A stretch of DNA of 61,888 bases, the filler included, from Sluysia triapertura (Eukaryota): assembly GCA_046118255.1 (NCBI GenBank). It is 5 parts of 5 records of this genome, joined end to end, with 100 filler letters (N's around TTAATTAATTAA, not from the genome) between each part and the next. Parts side by side here need not be neighbours in the genome. Positions count along the whole stretch, not along the records: positions 37,605 to 48,955 come from JBJNIA010185657.1; positions 49,056 to 61,888 come from JBJNIA010079155.1; 3 more parts are not named here. One strand, 5' to 3'. Positions 39,257-52,801 of this stretch are shown here, one piece after another; position 1 is the stretch's first letter, and every line of letters starts with the position of its first letter. Made by a program: the position numbers and the translations under genes. The notes under the pieces were generated by a model. That model searched no databases. It was not told the origin of the DNA and worked only from the letters and a program-made list of their open reading frames with translations.

Positions 39257-39437
39257 CCCCTTAACTCGCACACTCGAGTTAATTTGATTAATATATTAAG
39301 TTATTTGGTATTAGAATTAACTTGCGTTAGTTACAGAGGTGTCAACTACTAGTTATAAGACGCTTACACTAAAATATAGTTTAGTAAATAATGCAGCAAT
39401 AAAGAGTTTTTTTGAAAAAAAATTGAACGTTAAGGGG
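39257..39437. mobile_element. piggyBac-type MITE
   Basis: TTAA|CCCCTTAAC...GTTAAGGGG|TTAA; second copy at 48822-48955. Confidence 0.85.
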
Positions 39438-40759
39438 TTAATATAAATAATTGTTTTCAATAATTGTTTAAAATTTTAATAAAGTTCGATTTTATTCCAG
39501 TTGATAAATTTAATAGCAATTTACATTTTCATCTCATTTGTCTTCCAATATTAATAATAATAAACGCTTTACGACGAGAACATATACCACAAAGTTCAAT
39601 ATAATTTCAAGCATTATTATAATAAATCATTAAAAAATTCTTCAGTTAAATTTGTAGATAGTTTTCAAAACAGTTTAACAAATTTAACTAACATTATGCC
39701 TACATTATCATTAATTAATAAGTTATTTTAAAATAGCGTAGCAAAATCGAAAAGTATTATCTTTATAACGTAGCTACTTCACTCTGTGTATTACAAAATG
39801 TTAAATAATTACCACCAAAGTAGAATAATGATATAAATGATTGTTGCTTCTTTACTCAGAAATCTCAAAAATCACAAAATCAAATACTAATTATTATAAT
39901 TAATTTTACCTTTTACAATAATATTAATAAATTTAATACTTTCTATAGTAATTCTTTATTACTATCAAATCTAACACTAAACTCAAAATAATGTAAAAAT
40001 AACAATGAAACAATTAAGGCAAACAGTTCTGATAAATTTTCAAAATTAGTTATTATCAAACTAAACAAAGAATAGTTAATAAAAATAAAATAATAACCAA
40101 AGGTGACAAAACACAAAAATTAAATTACTTACTTTAAAAAGAATAATTTCAAGATTTTACATATAAATAAAATGGAGCCTCTCCAAAATCTATACAAATA
40201 TTATTACCTAAATTAAAGTCAAATAGAAAGGAGGATTTCCCAAAAATTACTAGGCAAGTTAAAAGGGAGATTCATATTAAAAAATTTTCAATTCTTCTTT
40301 TTTAATCAACAAATGGTACTTTTCCCCAAAACTAAACAAATTAAAAATTAAATTATTAATAAAAGTGTGTAAACCTCTAAAATATAAAAATTAAATTAAT
40401 AATAAGTAAAAATAAAAATGTTACCAAATACATTATCTTCATGAATTTTGATAAATATGGACCTTCTTATTGCGGATTATTTTCTTTTGACTTAAATTCT
40501 TAAATATTTCCTTTTATAATTTCTCGTCATCCAATCATTTCTTATTTTTTCATCAAACATTTTCTGAAACAAATCATTACAACAATTCTTTGACAATTAA
40601 ACCGACAATAATAATTTTGACAGTATTACATGTAACGGCCTGTCAAACTTTATTAGATAGAGAACACAAAAAATTGATTAATCCATTACCCTACTCGATC
40701 TATTTTTAATTAAATTACTTCTTACATTAAAATAAAATCATTAATATTGTCAACGTGCA

Positions 40760-41195
40760 TTAAAATAATGAATTTAATTTTAGTTTTTAAAATTCAATTA
40801 ATTTTCGTTATTTCACACCCAATTTTCTAATAAATGTTTAAGGTTCTTATTCTCAAATAAACCACTTTACAAACATTTCAAACTCACTTATACATTCTCT
40901 TCTTTCGTAGCAGTCACTTCACATTCAATTCATTATCTTTAATAATTCTAAGTATAAAAAGTGCAACATCCTATAACTAAAAATTAATTAAAATTTTCCT
41001 TTATTAAGGCTCAATATTAAGGCTTTCCTTGCATGAACTCAGTCAGACCATACCTTCATCGAAAGATGTTTTTAAAACAAATACATTCATAGTTTCAACT
41101 TTGATAACATTTCATATTCTTAATTAAGATTTTAATTAATTAATCTATTTTTAGATTTTTATTTTTAAGGTTTTATTAAGGTTCTAAAATTATCT
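40760..41195 (-). repeat. ~400-bp dispersed repeat, copy 3 (inverted)
   Basis: Reverse complement aligns with 925-1326. Confidence 0.85.
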
Positions 41196-41207
41196 AGTAC
41201 TTTATGA

Positions 41208-41660
41208 TGTGTTTTTTCTTAACCTAACAGAATAAAGCAAACTTAAAATGAGTCCACCAACGTACTAGGCTACCGTTGAATTTTAAAATAAAGATTGGAT
41301 TTTAAAGTAAAAACGTAAAGTCTATGGAGGTTATATAAATTTATGCTACTTTTCTGAATGTAAAATAAATTTTTAATAGTCACTATTTTAATCAGGCTCT
41401 TAAATCGAACCTTTTTTCAGATTTAATTATTTTAATGAGGTTCTAAAATAAACGTTAAATTTTATCTTCAATGAATTTAAGTAGGTTCTGAAACATCCTT
41501 TTAAAAAATTTAAATCATATATTTAAAATTAGATATTTTAATATGGTTCTAAATTGAACCTTAAGAGTTTAATGAGATGTTAATGAGGTTCTAAAAGGAA
41601 TCTTTTTATAAATTTATTTAAATGATAATAACCGAGATTAAAAAATGATTTTTATTAAAT
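41208..41660 (-). mobile_element. Probable solo LTR of the env-bearing Gypsy family (right boundary uncertain)
   Basis: TGTGTTTTTTCTTAACCTAACAGAATAAAGC...tgagtccaccaacgtactaggctaccgttg closely matches 22289-22370. Confidence 0.7.
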
Positions 41661-42762
41661 AACACTTTATAAACATAAGTATGTACAATCGTACTAAAAG
41701 ACAAGATAAAACATTAATATTGGATTAATTTATAATTAATTAATCCTATCTTTATGTTTTTAAATAAAATAATTTAATCTGCTACTTCTAAATAGTAGCG
41801 TTATTCTAATAAAAATTTAACAAATAACAAATGCAAGGATAAAAATTGCGAAAAACTTACATAAAAGAGCTAACGATAATTTTCTGAGTAATTGTCTTGA
41901 AGGATAAATTTGCTCGAGGAACTGGTGAGTAATTTTCTCAAAAGATATATCAGTTTGAAGAGCTGGTAGTGTATAAACGAATCAATGTTATGTCAGAAAA
42001 TTGTGAAAAATTGTTGATAATTTTGGTATCTTTATATTAAAATGATGACCTTGAGGTCAAACGATTCAATCAAACAAATTATTAAAATTTAAAATTTTAA
42101 CTATAATAAAATTAATAATTTAACAATAAAAATAATATTAATATCCCCTTACTTTATAGAATTATTCCAATTAAATAATTATAGAATTCTAATGTACAAA
42201 TGTAAATTTTCCAATTAAATATTCCAATTAAATTAACAATAAATTTACAAAATTTTTCCAATTAATTATTGATTTATAAAAATCAATAATTATGTATATT
42301 TATATAATTTGTATACATATAATTTACACATTTGCACATATATGATTTGATTTGTATAATTTGTATGCACATATATAATTTGATTTGCACGACACAGTAC
42401 AATTTGTAAACTTATAAACATGACAATATGGAGAAATTTATGGGTTAATTAACTAACTCAGACATTTCCTGATTAATCTTGCTGATGTAATGATTTGATT
42501 TTATGCTTTTATTGTCAACATAGATGATTAGATATATTAGTTTATCATTATTATTATTTTCTAAAAGATTAAAATTTTCTAAGTAAATTTTCTGGTGAAA
42601 CATTATGTTGAATTTTTAGGACAATAATAAAAGTATTAATTATAATAACAAATATTGATAAGTAGTAGTATCTTTATTCAAAAAAATTTCTATAAAATTT
42701 AAAAATTAAGCGGTGTCGTGAGAGTATGTGCCGACGAATTTCATATACATCTTTGTCGGATT

Positions 42763-43915
42763 TCATAGAGATACCCTCCATGGTACATCCAGATGGAGAA
42801 CAATGGATTGGCTCTTAAAATTCACTATCACTTGACAATTAGCAATAGTTGACTTTGATGAAGGCATCGGAGAAATGGTGGAGCAACCGATATCAACATC
42901 AAGATCAACAGAGCATGGTGATGGTTGGGATGGGCCAAAGTTAACAGTACAGAGTGAATAAATACTATTGTTCAGAGGTACGCTGTCAAGAGCAGTATCA
43001 TCGCAGTTAATAAGGATAACCTCTTTAACATCAGAATTATCAGATGTGATGGAGTTATTAACATTAGGAGAGAGCAAAGACACCTTATGAGCAATCTTAA
43101 CAGAGGTGAGGGCAGAATCACCAATAAGAGAAAAGGTGTCTGGATGATTAGGTGTAGTTGGTGTAGGAAGAACTACGAACAGAGTTTAAGCAAGCCTAGT
43201 CTCCTCATTAGCAAGAATAAGAGGTTGAAGACGTTGGCAGAAGAAGATATTACCGTCTTCATGGAAGATAAAGTTTAATGTTGAGAATCCAAATGTCATG
43301 GGAAAGTTTGCTGTGTCAGTGAAAACGAGCTGGACAGAAACAATATCACTGGGGACAGTGATTATAAGGTTCAGATTATCTGATGTTTTAATTATTCTTA
43401 GTTTAGATTTGTGGTGCGATTTAGTGTTAGCAAGGCACCGATTACGTACCTTTTTGATATTTAAAGCTTTAGGGTTAGGGAGGTGAGAAGCTTTAAGTAC
43501 GGAATGCCAAACAAGGGGAAGTTTAGGTTTCTCAAATCAAATGGTACCTTCATCAACAGAAAGTGATACATGTTTCTCCTTGGAGCGCCAGACATATAAG
43601 TAAGATATAGCTTTATTTATAAATTTAGGGTTAGGGTAAGCTTTTGTAATAAATTTAGGATTGTTGGAAGTTAGAACCTTCATAATTTTATTAGTAGTGG
43701 AAGAATGAAAACCCTTGGTAGAAGAATTAGAGTTTTATCAAGTTTTTAGGGTTAGGTGAAAGAAAACCTTTAACAGTGGTTTTAGTCCGCTTAGTGAGAT
43801 TTTTACTTTCGTGAGGACGTAGGAACATACGAATAGCAGCATGATCAAATGAAGAAAGAGAACATCCAAGTTTTGCGTCTTTGAAAATTATTAAATTATT
43901 TAAAATAAATATCAA
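42763..43915 (-). pseudogene. Decayed ~1.15-kb higher-GC ORF of unknown family (basic N-terminal half with PNPK x3, Ser/Asp/Pro-rich C-terminal half)
   Basis: Near-continuous protein-like frame with few stops; composition differs from flanks. Confidence 0.4.
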
Positions 43916-44967
43916 TTTAATTAGCTTAAAAAGAATCTCAATTATTTAAGTAGCCACTTTATCAAGTATAATTTTTCAGTAATTTAATTCTCTTACTTAA
44001 TATCAATAATTATTCACCCCAAAATTAAAATATTGGAAAATCAAATCAGTAACAACAATACAACAATTTACTGGTTAAATAAAAATCAACTACAAATTAA
44101 TATTATAAATCTTTTTAAAACCAATCGTACCGAAAGGGTTATGAAACATTGTAGACAATGTACTGGCTGTACCTTTATGTATCATCCTTTCATTAATTAT
44201 CTATTTTTCTTTTAAATGCAACCATAAAACTACATTTATGTAATAAATTATTATTTATAATAATAATTTATTATAATTTGTGTAATAATTTATTATAATA
44301 ATAAATTATTATTTATCTGATTTTGTGGCTCTTATTTCAATGTCATTAACTCCATCTTAATCAATAGTTCGAGTACCAGAATATCATCTATTAATAGAAA
44401 TTCTGTCCATATTTTCAATGTTTTTTTAGTATTATATTAGTTATATATTTCTTTAAGATGTTAACGAAACAATAACATATCTATCGTAACTGTACTCGCA
44501 CTTTATCTATTATCACTCCAATAAAAATCTTTTTTGTATCTGTTCAACAATTATAAATATCTTACTAATACCTTACTTATATCTTACTAATATCTTACTT
44601 AACAAAATTCTTTAAAATCGTCTATAGCTTTTGAATTAAGTCAAATTCATATTGTTTATACTTATCTTTTGATCGAACCTATTGTGTTAATTACTGTTAT
44701 TTTACATTTTGATGATTAATAAATATATTATTAAATTGTAAATCATGATATATGATAGAACTATTTCAATTTTATTAAAACAATTTTCGAATATTTAAAC
44801 CGACATTGCAATTTTTACGCTTCAGTCCTCTGTCCAGAAGAACTAATATAATTAAACAAATTTTACCTTGATTCGATTTGTAGTTTTAATTTAATATTTC
44901 TTGAATTTTCAGTGAATTATCAAAAATATTTATTTTTCATTAAATAATTATTTATACAATTATTTAG

Positions 44968-47900
44968 GAAAATCCAACCTTCATTCCACGTGTGCATGAA
45001 AAAGAAGTTGAGGATACCACTAATAAATCTGTAATTTATTATAAGGTTACATTATTAATATATTATTATACTATCAAAATATTAAATACAGAATTTAAAT
45101 TTGGGAATACAAAGTACAAAATGTTAAAATAACATTTGTCTATTTTGATCATTAATTTAAATGTCAGATATATTAAAGGTTACATTAAAGGTTAACCTTT
45201 AAATTCTTTAAATATATCTAAATAAAAATTGTATTTCTGTCATAGAATAATAACAAATTAATATTTTGTTACCTAGAAGATACAAATATCCAATAAATTT
45301 GTTCTCAAATTTTACAAATTGAAAATAATAGGACTATTCATTAATTTGAAGTAAATGAAATAATAAATCGACCTACTATAAAATAAAATAAAATTTTAAA
45401 GGAATGAAATATTAAACATATTAATATATTAAATAATCAATATATTATTATATTAAATGTTCACTATTTAGTATCCTAAAAATTCGCCCAAACAAAAGAT
45501 AATTCCATTAAAAGAAAAACGATCATTGATTTATGAAAATTTAAAAATTCCTATCGAATTGGCATTTTTATTAGACAAATCTAAAGGTTATTAAAGATTT
45601 TCCTACTATTTACAAAAATATGAATAAAATTTATTTAAAAAATCATCAATTAAGAAAATAATTTCTGACTCTGAATACTTTAGCAAAATGAGTAATGTTA
45701 ATGGGTTCGATTACAATCCACGACTAAAAACGGGTGGTAAGCATGTCCTTGGCTATAAGGACGATTATACTACTGGTATACTGTCGACAGAGTTTATTTT
45801 CCTAAATTGTGCGTTCTCAACTAGAATTTTATGTCTAACTAAAAGAATAACGGACATCTGAGAAATAATAAATAAAATCAAAAAACCTACTCATTAGAAT
45901 AAGTAGATAATAAATAAAAATTTATATAAAAATATTTTATTTTTAATTTTACGTTTAATTAAAATTCCAAAATTACTCAATCTTTAAAGAAAGTAAATAA
46001 AAATTAATTTTGTTCCTAAAAATAATACTTGTGAAATACTTATTCGATATGAATCAGTATAAATATTGATTGTTTTCAGTCGCTATTTCACAATTTTAAT
46101 TCAATTTACATCATTTAATTGTCCGTCGTCATCATTCTAGTTATTCTAATTTAGATGCAATATTATTTTGAGAAATTTGATAATTTTTACATTTTAGTAA
46201 ATTTAATACTTATGTAAGTATGTTCACATTTCATTTCATTTACACCCAAAATCACAAAGTATATTTGATTAAAGGCTTAATAAAAGGTTTTAATCGCAAA
46301 CTTTTGAATTAAGGAGATCCAGTCTCTGCATATAAAATTAACTAATCCATCTGTTGATAGAGCTACTTAATTGATTTTATTTGTTGTTTTTTCGTTGTAC
46401 GTTTGATACAATTGAACTTAATTGTTTTATTATTGTTAAAATAAATATATTAAGAAATTGTTGGAATTTTTACAAAAACTGTTTTCGATAAAAGAATAAT
46501 TTTTGTCCCATTGAAATTATAAAACAAAAGACGAATACAGTTAAATTAATATATTGATTGAAATAGAGCTAAAAGTATAAAATTACAGGCACACCTATTG
46601 ACAGTTTTAAGCAATATATTGTAACCGGACTCTGCTAAAATTAATTTTGTCGTAGATTAGTAGCAATGTTTTCTTTGTTAAATTGCAAAATTATGATTGG
46701 TATCTCTGTGTACAGTCGCTTATAAAATTTAATATCCTATTGCTTAAAACATTTAATTTGAATGTTTTGTGCATCATTAGTGATAGCGCTCTTAATTAAT
46801 CAGTGAACACATTCTTCAAATTTTTATTATTCATAATATTTATTATTTATCTCTTTAGTATTTGCGTAAATAATTCTAAAAATATTAAATTTAAAAAATT
46901 TGAAAGGATCCTGTTTGATTAAAAATATTTACAAAATTATACTTTAGGATTTTTTGATATAAAGAAATTTTAACAAACAATAGCACTAATGTATCGTTCA
47001 ATAATACAAATTTTAATTTTTGAGAAATAAATAAAATAAATAAAAAATTGAATTTATAACATACCCAATGCTACTGAATCGAGATTTACCTGTGCTAAGT
47101 AAAAATAACAAATATTCAAGAAATAATGTCTTCATAACTTCAAAATTAAACTTCAAAAGTTAGTAATAAATTTATAAATGATATATTAAAAATTTGGAAG
47201 TCAGAATACATTTTTAATAACATTTAAATTAGTCAAAAAAATGAAATTGAAGCAAACAATATAAAAATAGCTTATAAAGTATCCGATAAATTCGATAAAT
47301 TGGAAAAATGTAGTACTAAGAATGAAAAATAACAATTAATAATAATAGATAATGATTATGACGAATTTTAATGAAGATGGATTAAATATTTAACTAAAAG
47401 CTAAATAGTGATTTCAAAATATCAAAAACCTTATAAATATTATGTTTTAAGTCATTAATAATAAATAATGAGTTTAATAATTGCACATTCTTAGCAAATT
47501 ACGGTTATGGTCATAAAGTAACATCTGAATCTCAGATAACACTCATTGGTTGCACACAACATATATGGAATAAAGATGATTTTCAATTACCATGTGATAT
47601 CGATTATTATCCAATTAATTATTTCATGGAAGATTTTGGCACAGAAGTTTGTTTTTTTAGTATATAATAATAATAGTAATAATAAATAAATAAATAATTA
47701 AATAAAATGAAAATTTTACATTCAGATATTTTACATTAGTATAACACTAAGATTCTAATGAGTAATATAACATTAAGAAGGATAAGTATTACATTTATTA
47801 ACGTGACAAATTTAAATTAATTCATAATTTTTATATAATATTATTTATCAATTGATATTTATATTAATAAAAAAATATTTCACATAATTTTAAAAATAAT

Positions 47901-48239
47901 TTACAAATTTAATCTATTTTTAGTGAAGTAGTAAATTAAAATTATGCTAAAAATAGTGAATTTAGATAAATATAATTTGTTATCCATTTGATTATTGATT
48001 TAACTTTCAGAATTCAATAGAACCGAAAAAACGACCAATATCTCAACCGTTTGTTAGAGACTGTTTGAAAGATAATTTAAAAGAAAGCAGTTTAAATGCA
48101 CATAAATTGGTTTGTTGATTAATTATTTATAATTTGTTACTATAATTATCTTTGTATTAATAGGTCTTAAAACTTCTACATGTGTCATCGATGCCTTGGA
48201 CTTATCATTACTTAACAGGATCATACTTGACACACATGG
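44968..48239 (+). CDS. Candidate exons of an unidentified spliced gene (~44968-45030, 45684-45736, 47495-47646, 48011-48109, 48164-48238)
   Basis: Short higher-GC open segments bounded by polypyrimidine-AG and GT; 45736 to 47495 phases agree; no family recognised. Confidence 0.4.
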
Positions 48240-48821
48240 TTAGTAATCGGTGTTGCTTTTTTCAATATTTCTTTTATTAGAAGCATTTCATGTATATGTT
48301 GTCTCAAAAGTAACGATAATTAATCCAGCATTGTTGCTTAAATTTTCGAAGCACAACAATTGCACTTTTAAAGTGCTTTTATAATAGCATTTGATGATGA
48401 AAATACTATCTTGTATAGAAAAAATGTTTATGATTAAACAAATATACGTAACTAGTAAATATACTCCTTATATATTTCAAAAATATAATTTTTCTAGAAA
48501 TTTTATGATTGGATAATAATAACTAAGAAATATCGATGTATTTAATGATATAAGAATAATTAATGCTGTATAAAATCAACCAATAATATTAAGTTACTTT
48601 TTCCTATATTGTAATCATACTTTAATAAGAAATTTATTACGAGTTATTCAGATAATAAGAGGGAGATAGTGGTTGATGTTGATGTTGATCGATTTATGAT
48701 TATGATTGCGATAAAATTGTTAAAAAGTATTTCAGTTATATATACCTAACCTGTAAATAAGAAAAAACTTATATTTTAGATCCATCTGTAGGATTTCTAT
48801 TAACATGTGGAATCTTATTAG

Positions 48822-48955
48822 CCTCTTAACGTTCAATTTTTTTTCAAAAAAACGTCCAAGAAACTCATTTTTTTATTTCTGCATTATTTACTAAACTATA
48901 TTTTAGTGTAAGCGTCTTATAACTAGTAGTTGGCACCTCTGTAACTAACGCAAGT
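48822..48955 (-). mobile_element. Second copy of the 39257-39437 MITE, cut by the gap
   Basis: Near-identical reverse complement of 39320-39437. Confidence 0.85.
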
Positions 48956-49055
48956 NNNNNNNNNNNNNNNNNNNNNNNNNNNNNNNNNNNNNNNNNNNNT
49001 TAATTAATTAANNNNNNNNNNNNNNNNNNNNNNNNNNNNNNNNNNNNNNNNNNNN

Positions 49056-49104
<49 letters not shown>

Positions 49105-49152
49105 TACTATTATTATTATTATTATTATTATTACTATTACTATTACTATTAC
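49056..49152. repeat. (TTA)n microsatellite (also 52733-52799 and (TAA)n 59598-59646)
   Basis: Direct reading. Confidence 0.95.
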
Positions 49153-49452
49153 TTTAAATCGGTTGATGATTTTTCATTTTTAATAATATTTTTGTTAATT
49201 TATGAAGCTAAAAATAATTGAAAAATTGAAGATGAGAAATTCAGATATTAAATCATTTAAGATCTTAAAATATCTTAAAATGATTATCATGTGATAAATT
49301 ATTCGAAATATAAAATTTGGAGATTCGACAATTCATGGAGAATGCATTTTGAACTGAAAAAGTTGTATAAGTAATTTAAATTTTTAGCTCCGATATAAAA
49401 ACTTATAATCTTACTTCTTCGTCTTATTAATGTAATTATTATTATTATATAG

Positions 49453-52400
49453 GAATTTGTAACGTTCAGTGAAGCTTTCTTGGAAATTTTTAAGAATCCC
49501 TCTATCTCAACAGTTTCTAATCAAACTACATTGCAACGTAATTCTAGTTCTAATACAATGTTTCTGACGAATCCCAATCACCATGGCTCAACATCCTCTC
49601 CAAATTCAGGTGAAAATCATTTATCAAATCCAATCACTATTACACATCAACAAATTTCCACTGAGTTGAAACTAGGCTGTGGTGGTGGAATTGATTCTAT
49701 ATATGGATCAAGTCCATTGTCCAAAAAGAGTACTAATCGTGCACCAGCTTTCGATGAAATGACCAATAGATGTCAGTTAGAAAGTGATGATTATAATGAT
49801 ATCGAACCATCTTTAAAAGATTTTACATCATCATTGGTCGGTAAAAAGAATAGTACTGTTTTTATTAGGTTTGCATTGTTTGCTTATTACATAAGCTGAG
49901 TCGTTAAAATTAGTTTAACAGACAAATTTTTGTATATGTCAAATCAAAATCAACTCTGAAGAAATCATTTCCAAATATTAAATTCATTAATAATGTTTTA
50001 ATATTAATTGTTCATTGTAATATTCTGATTAACATCGTTGGTATGTGACATTTAACTAGCATCGTTATGTACCAACCACGTAATCAATAGTAAAGGTGTT
50101 AAAAATAATGACATTTAATAATTATTAACATATCGTCAAAGGTGAAATTTTAGAAAACAAGGCAAAGTTGGTTGATAATTTACAAATACGAAATTGTTTT
50201 ATTCAATAATTTAATCACCTTGTATCATAACTTAAAGATAAATATTTTACAATAAATAGTTTTACAAGCCTAATTTTATTGTCATGACAGAAAAAGTAGA
50301 AATAAACTCAATAATCTCTAATCGATAGTAAAGTTTAAAGCTTTGACAAAAAGCCTATGATCGGCATTTGTTAAAACTGTAAGGGTATTATTTTCTGTAA
50401 GCATTAAATCGATTTCATGGAAAAAAATGTATGCTAAATATTTCTATAATGGTCAGCGGAACAGTAGCGTAAAACCAAACTCAATTAAAACTAAAGAAAG
50501 AGTTACCAAAATGAATAATTATAAAGTTTACATCATCAAGCTTATAATCAAGATCACTTAATCATACCGATGCGACCCAAATCGATCATTGAGAAATCGT
50601 TTTCCTCCATAGATAATTAATGATACAAAAACAAGATTTTATATTTAAACTCTGAATGGGTAAATGTTACAAATGAAGATGCAAATTATTTAATGCAGTA
50701 CTTAAATTAAATTTACTCTTTGATTAGTTAAATATTTTTATCCTTGTAAATACTGGATGCTTAAAATAAATAGACAGACATATTAAGACAAAAATTAATA
50801 AATATAAATATAAATTAATAAATATAAAAATATAAAATTATTTTAAATACAAAATCATTTTATATATAAATCAATACAACATAAAATACAAAGACTATAA
50901 TGAATATTATATTACATTTACTTCAAAAATATCAAAAACTATCAGAAAACGTTTAAAAATTCAAGAAAATATTTCCAGAAACACTTATGCTAAAAATATT
51001 AATAAACGTATATTTTATCCTTACATATGCAAGCCAAAACTTAACAAAATAAACTAAGAAACTATGTCTTCATCGGCTAAAATGTGCTCATTGAGTGACC
51101 AAACATGTTCTATATCATTAATCATTGATCTATATTTGCACTTGTTTTTAATCCAAATTTGAAGTTGTAAAGGTATATTAACAGAAGTAAAAACACAATC
51201 AGAAAAAGTCAAACCTAAATATATTGCTGAATCATAGAAAATGTTTAAACCCTTTTGACTAATAGCGTGAAATTTTTATTGAAATTATAATAAATAGATT
51301 CAATTCGTTAGTTAAAATGTGTAACTAAACTGTTGATAATATATTTATAATAATGCCTTTCTTTGTCTATTTAAACAATTATTTTCCTTCTCCATTTATT
51401 GAAATCTGTAAGCTGCATATAATTTCGTTTCATTTAAATTTTTCATTATTTTATTATTTTTACTTATTTTTCATATTATTTATTTCTTAAATATTTTATT
51501 TTTATTTAATGATAGAGGTTATATCTATGGGAATAATCAATAATCTTTATACACTTAAATAGCACTCCAAAACTTAATTTGACGCCAATAAAACATGGAG
51601 AATCCGCTAGAAATTAAATACCACTAGCAAGACAGGTATAACTGAATAAAGTGCGTAGTTAAAATGCATAATCAAAATAATATGAATTGTAATTAACTAA
51701 TTTATAGAAAAATTTGGCTATACAACCATAGTGTGAGATCAAATACATGTAAATTATTATTGAACTAAATTAATTAAATGGTACATCTAGGATATGGAAG
51801 AAGATTATGTAGAATATTGATCATTTTTTAAAATCAGCAAAAACACTATAAAGAGCCTCTTTGGGGTATATCTTGTGAACAATAACGATTTTATTAGCTT
51901 GTAACTTAATGTGGTTATCACTTATATTATTAGTAAATTCCCCAAATATTTTATTTATCAATAGATTGACACCGTAATGATGTTGACTAATTTTAATTAA
52001 CAAGACTGCATTTAATTTTTTGTTAAACAATAAATTAAGGAGGATGGTTTCATTAAACAAAAGAAAATAAGACGTAGAAGTTTTATATGTACAATAATTA
52101 AAAGAAGAGTAAAGAGTATCAAACAAAATAGTAAATGAATTCATACTTATTACTTTAATTTGACGATTTACTTTCTCAATAGCTGGCTCTGGTGCGTTTT
52201 TATCCAACGTGATGTACTCTCTGAAGCAGCTCTGGATTCTTAGTGACTGGCCGTTTAACCATTCTGACTGGCTGGCCACTTAATCGCTCAAAATATTTAG
52301 GTTGCATCGATCCGCAGAACAATTTATTCTTTCTAGTGCCAAAGCATTACTTTATTTCTTTGCATCGTATTGATTAACAGCATTACGTAGTATATATCAT

Positions 52401-52731
52401 AAATAGATATTCTTGGTTTGTTTGATTTATCTTTGACATAAGGATTGTTTGATTTATTTGATTTATCTTCAATATAAACGTTATTTGATTCATCTTTGAC
52501 ATAAACATTGCTTAAGTCATTTAGCTGACATTGATAAACACTATTTGGATAAACACTTTTTTTGGATGATCGTTGTATCTATTTGAAATATTTCGTGATT
52601 TGAATATTGTGAATTTTTTCTTGTTTTTTGTGTTTCAACAGCCATTCTCATTTTATTTTTATATTAATTTTTAGCAACATTAATTTCTTTTTTTTGACTC
52701 CAATATTTAATTTATACAGTCTACTTACTGA

Positions 52732-52801
<70 letters not shown>

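Noticed and set aside
41390-41603. CRISPR-like repeat-spacer appearance
   Set aside because: Repeats are degenerate, spacing is irregular, context is eukaryotic and no cas genes are present.
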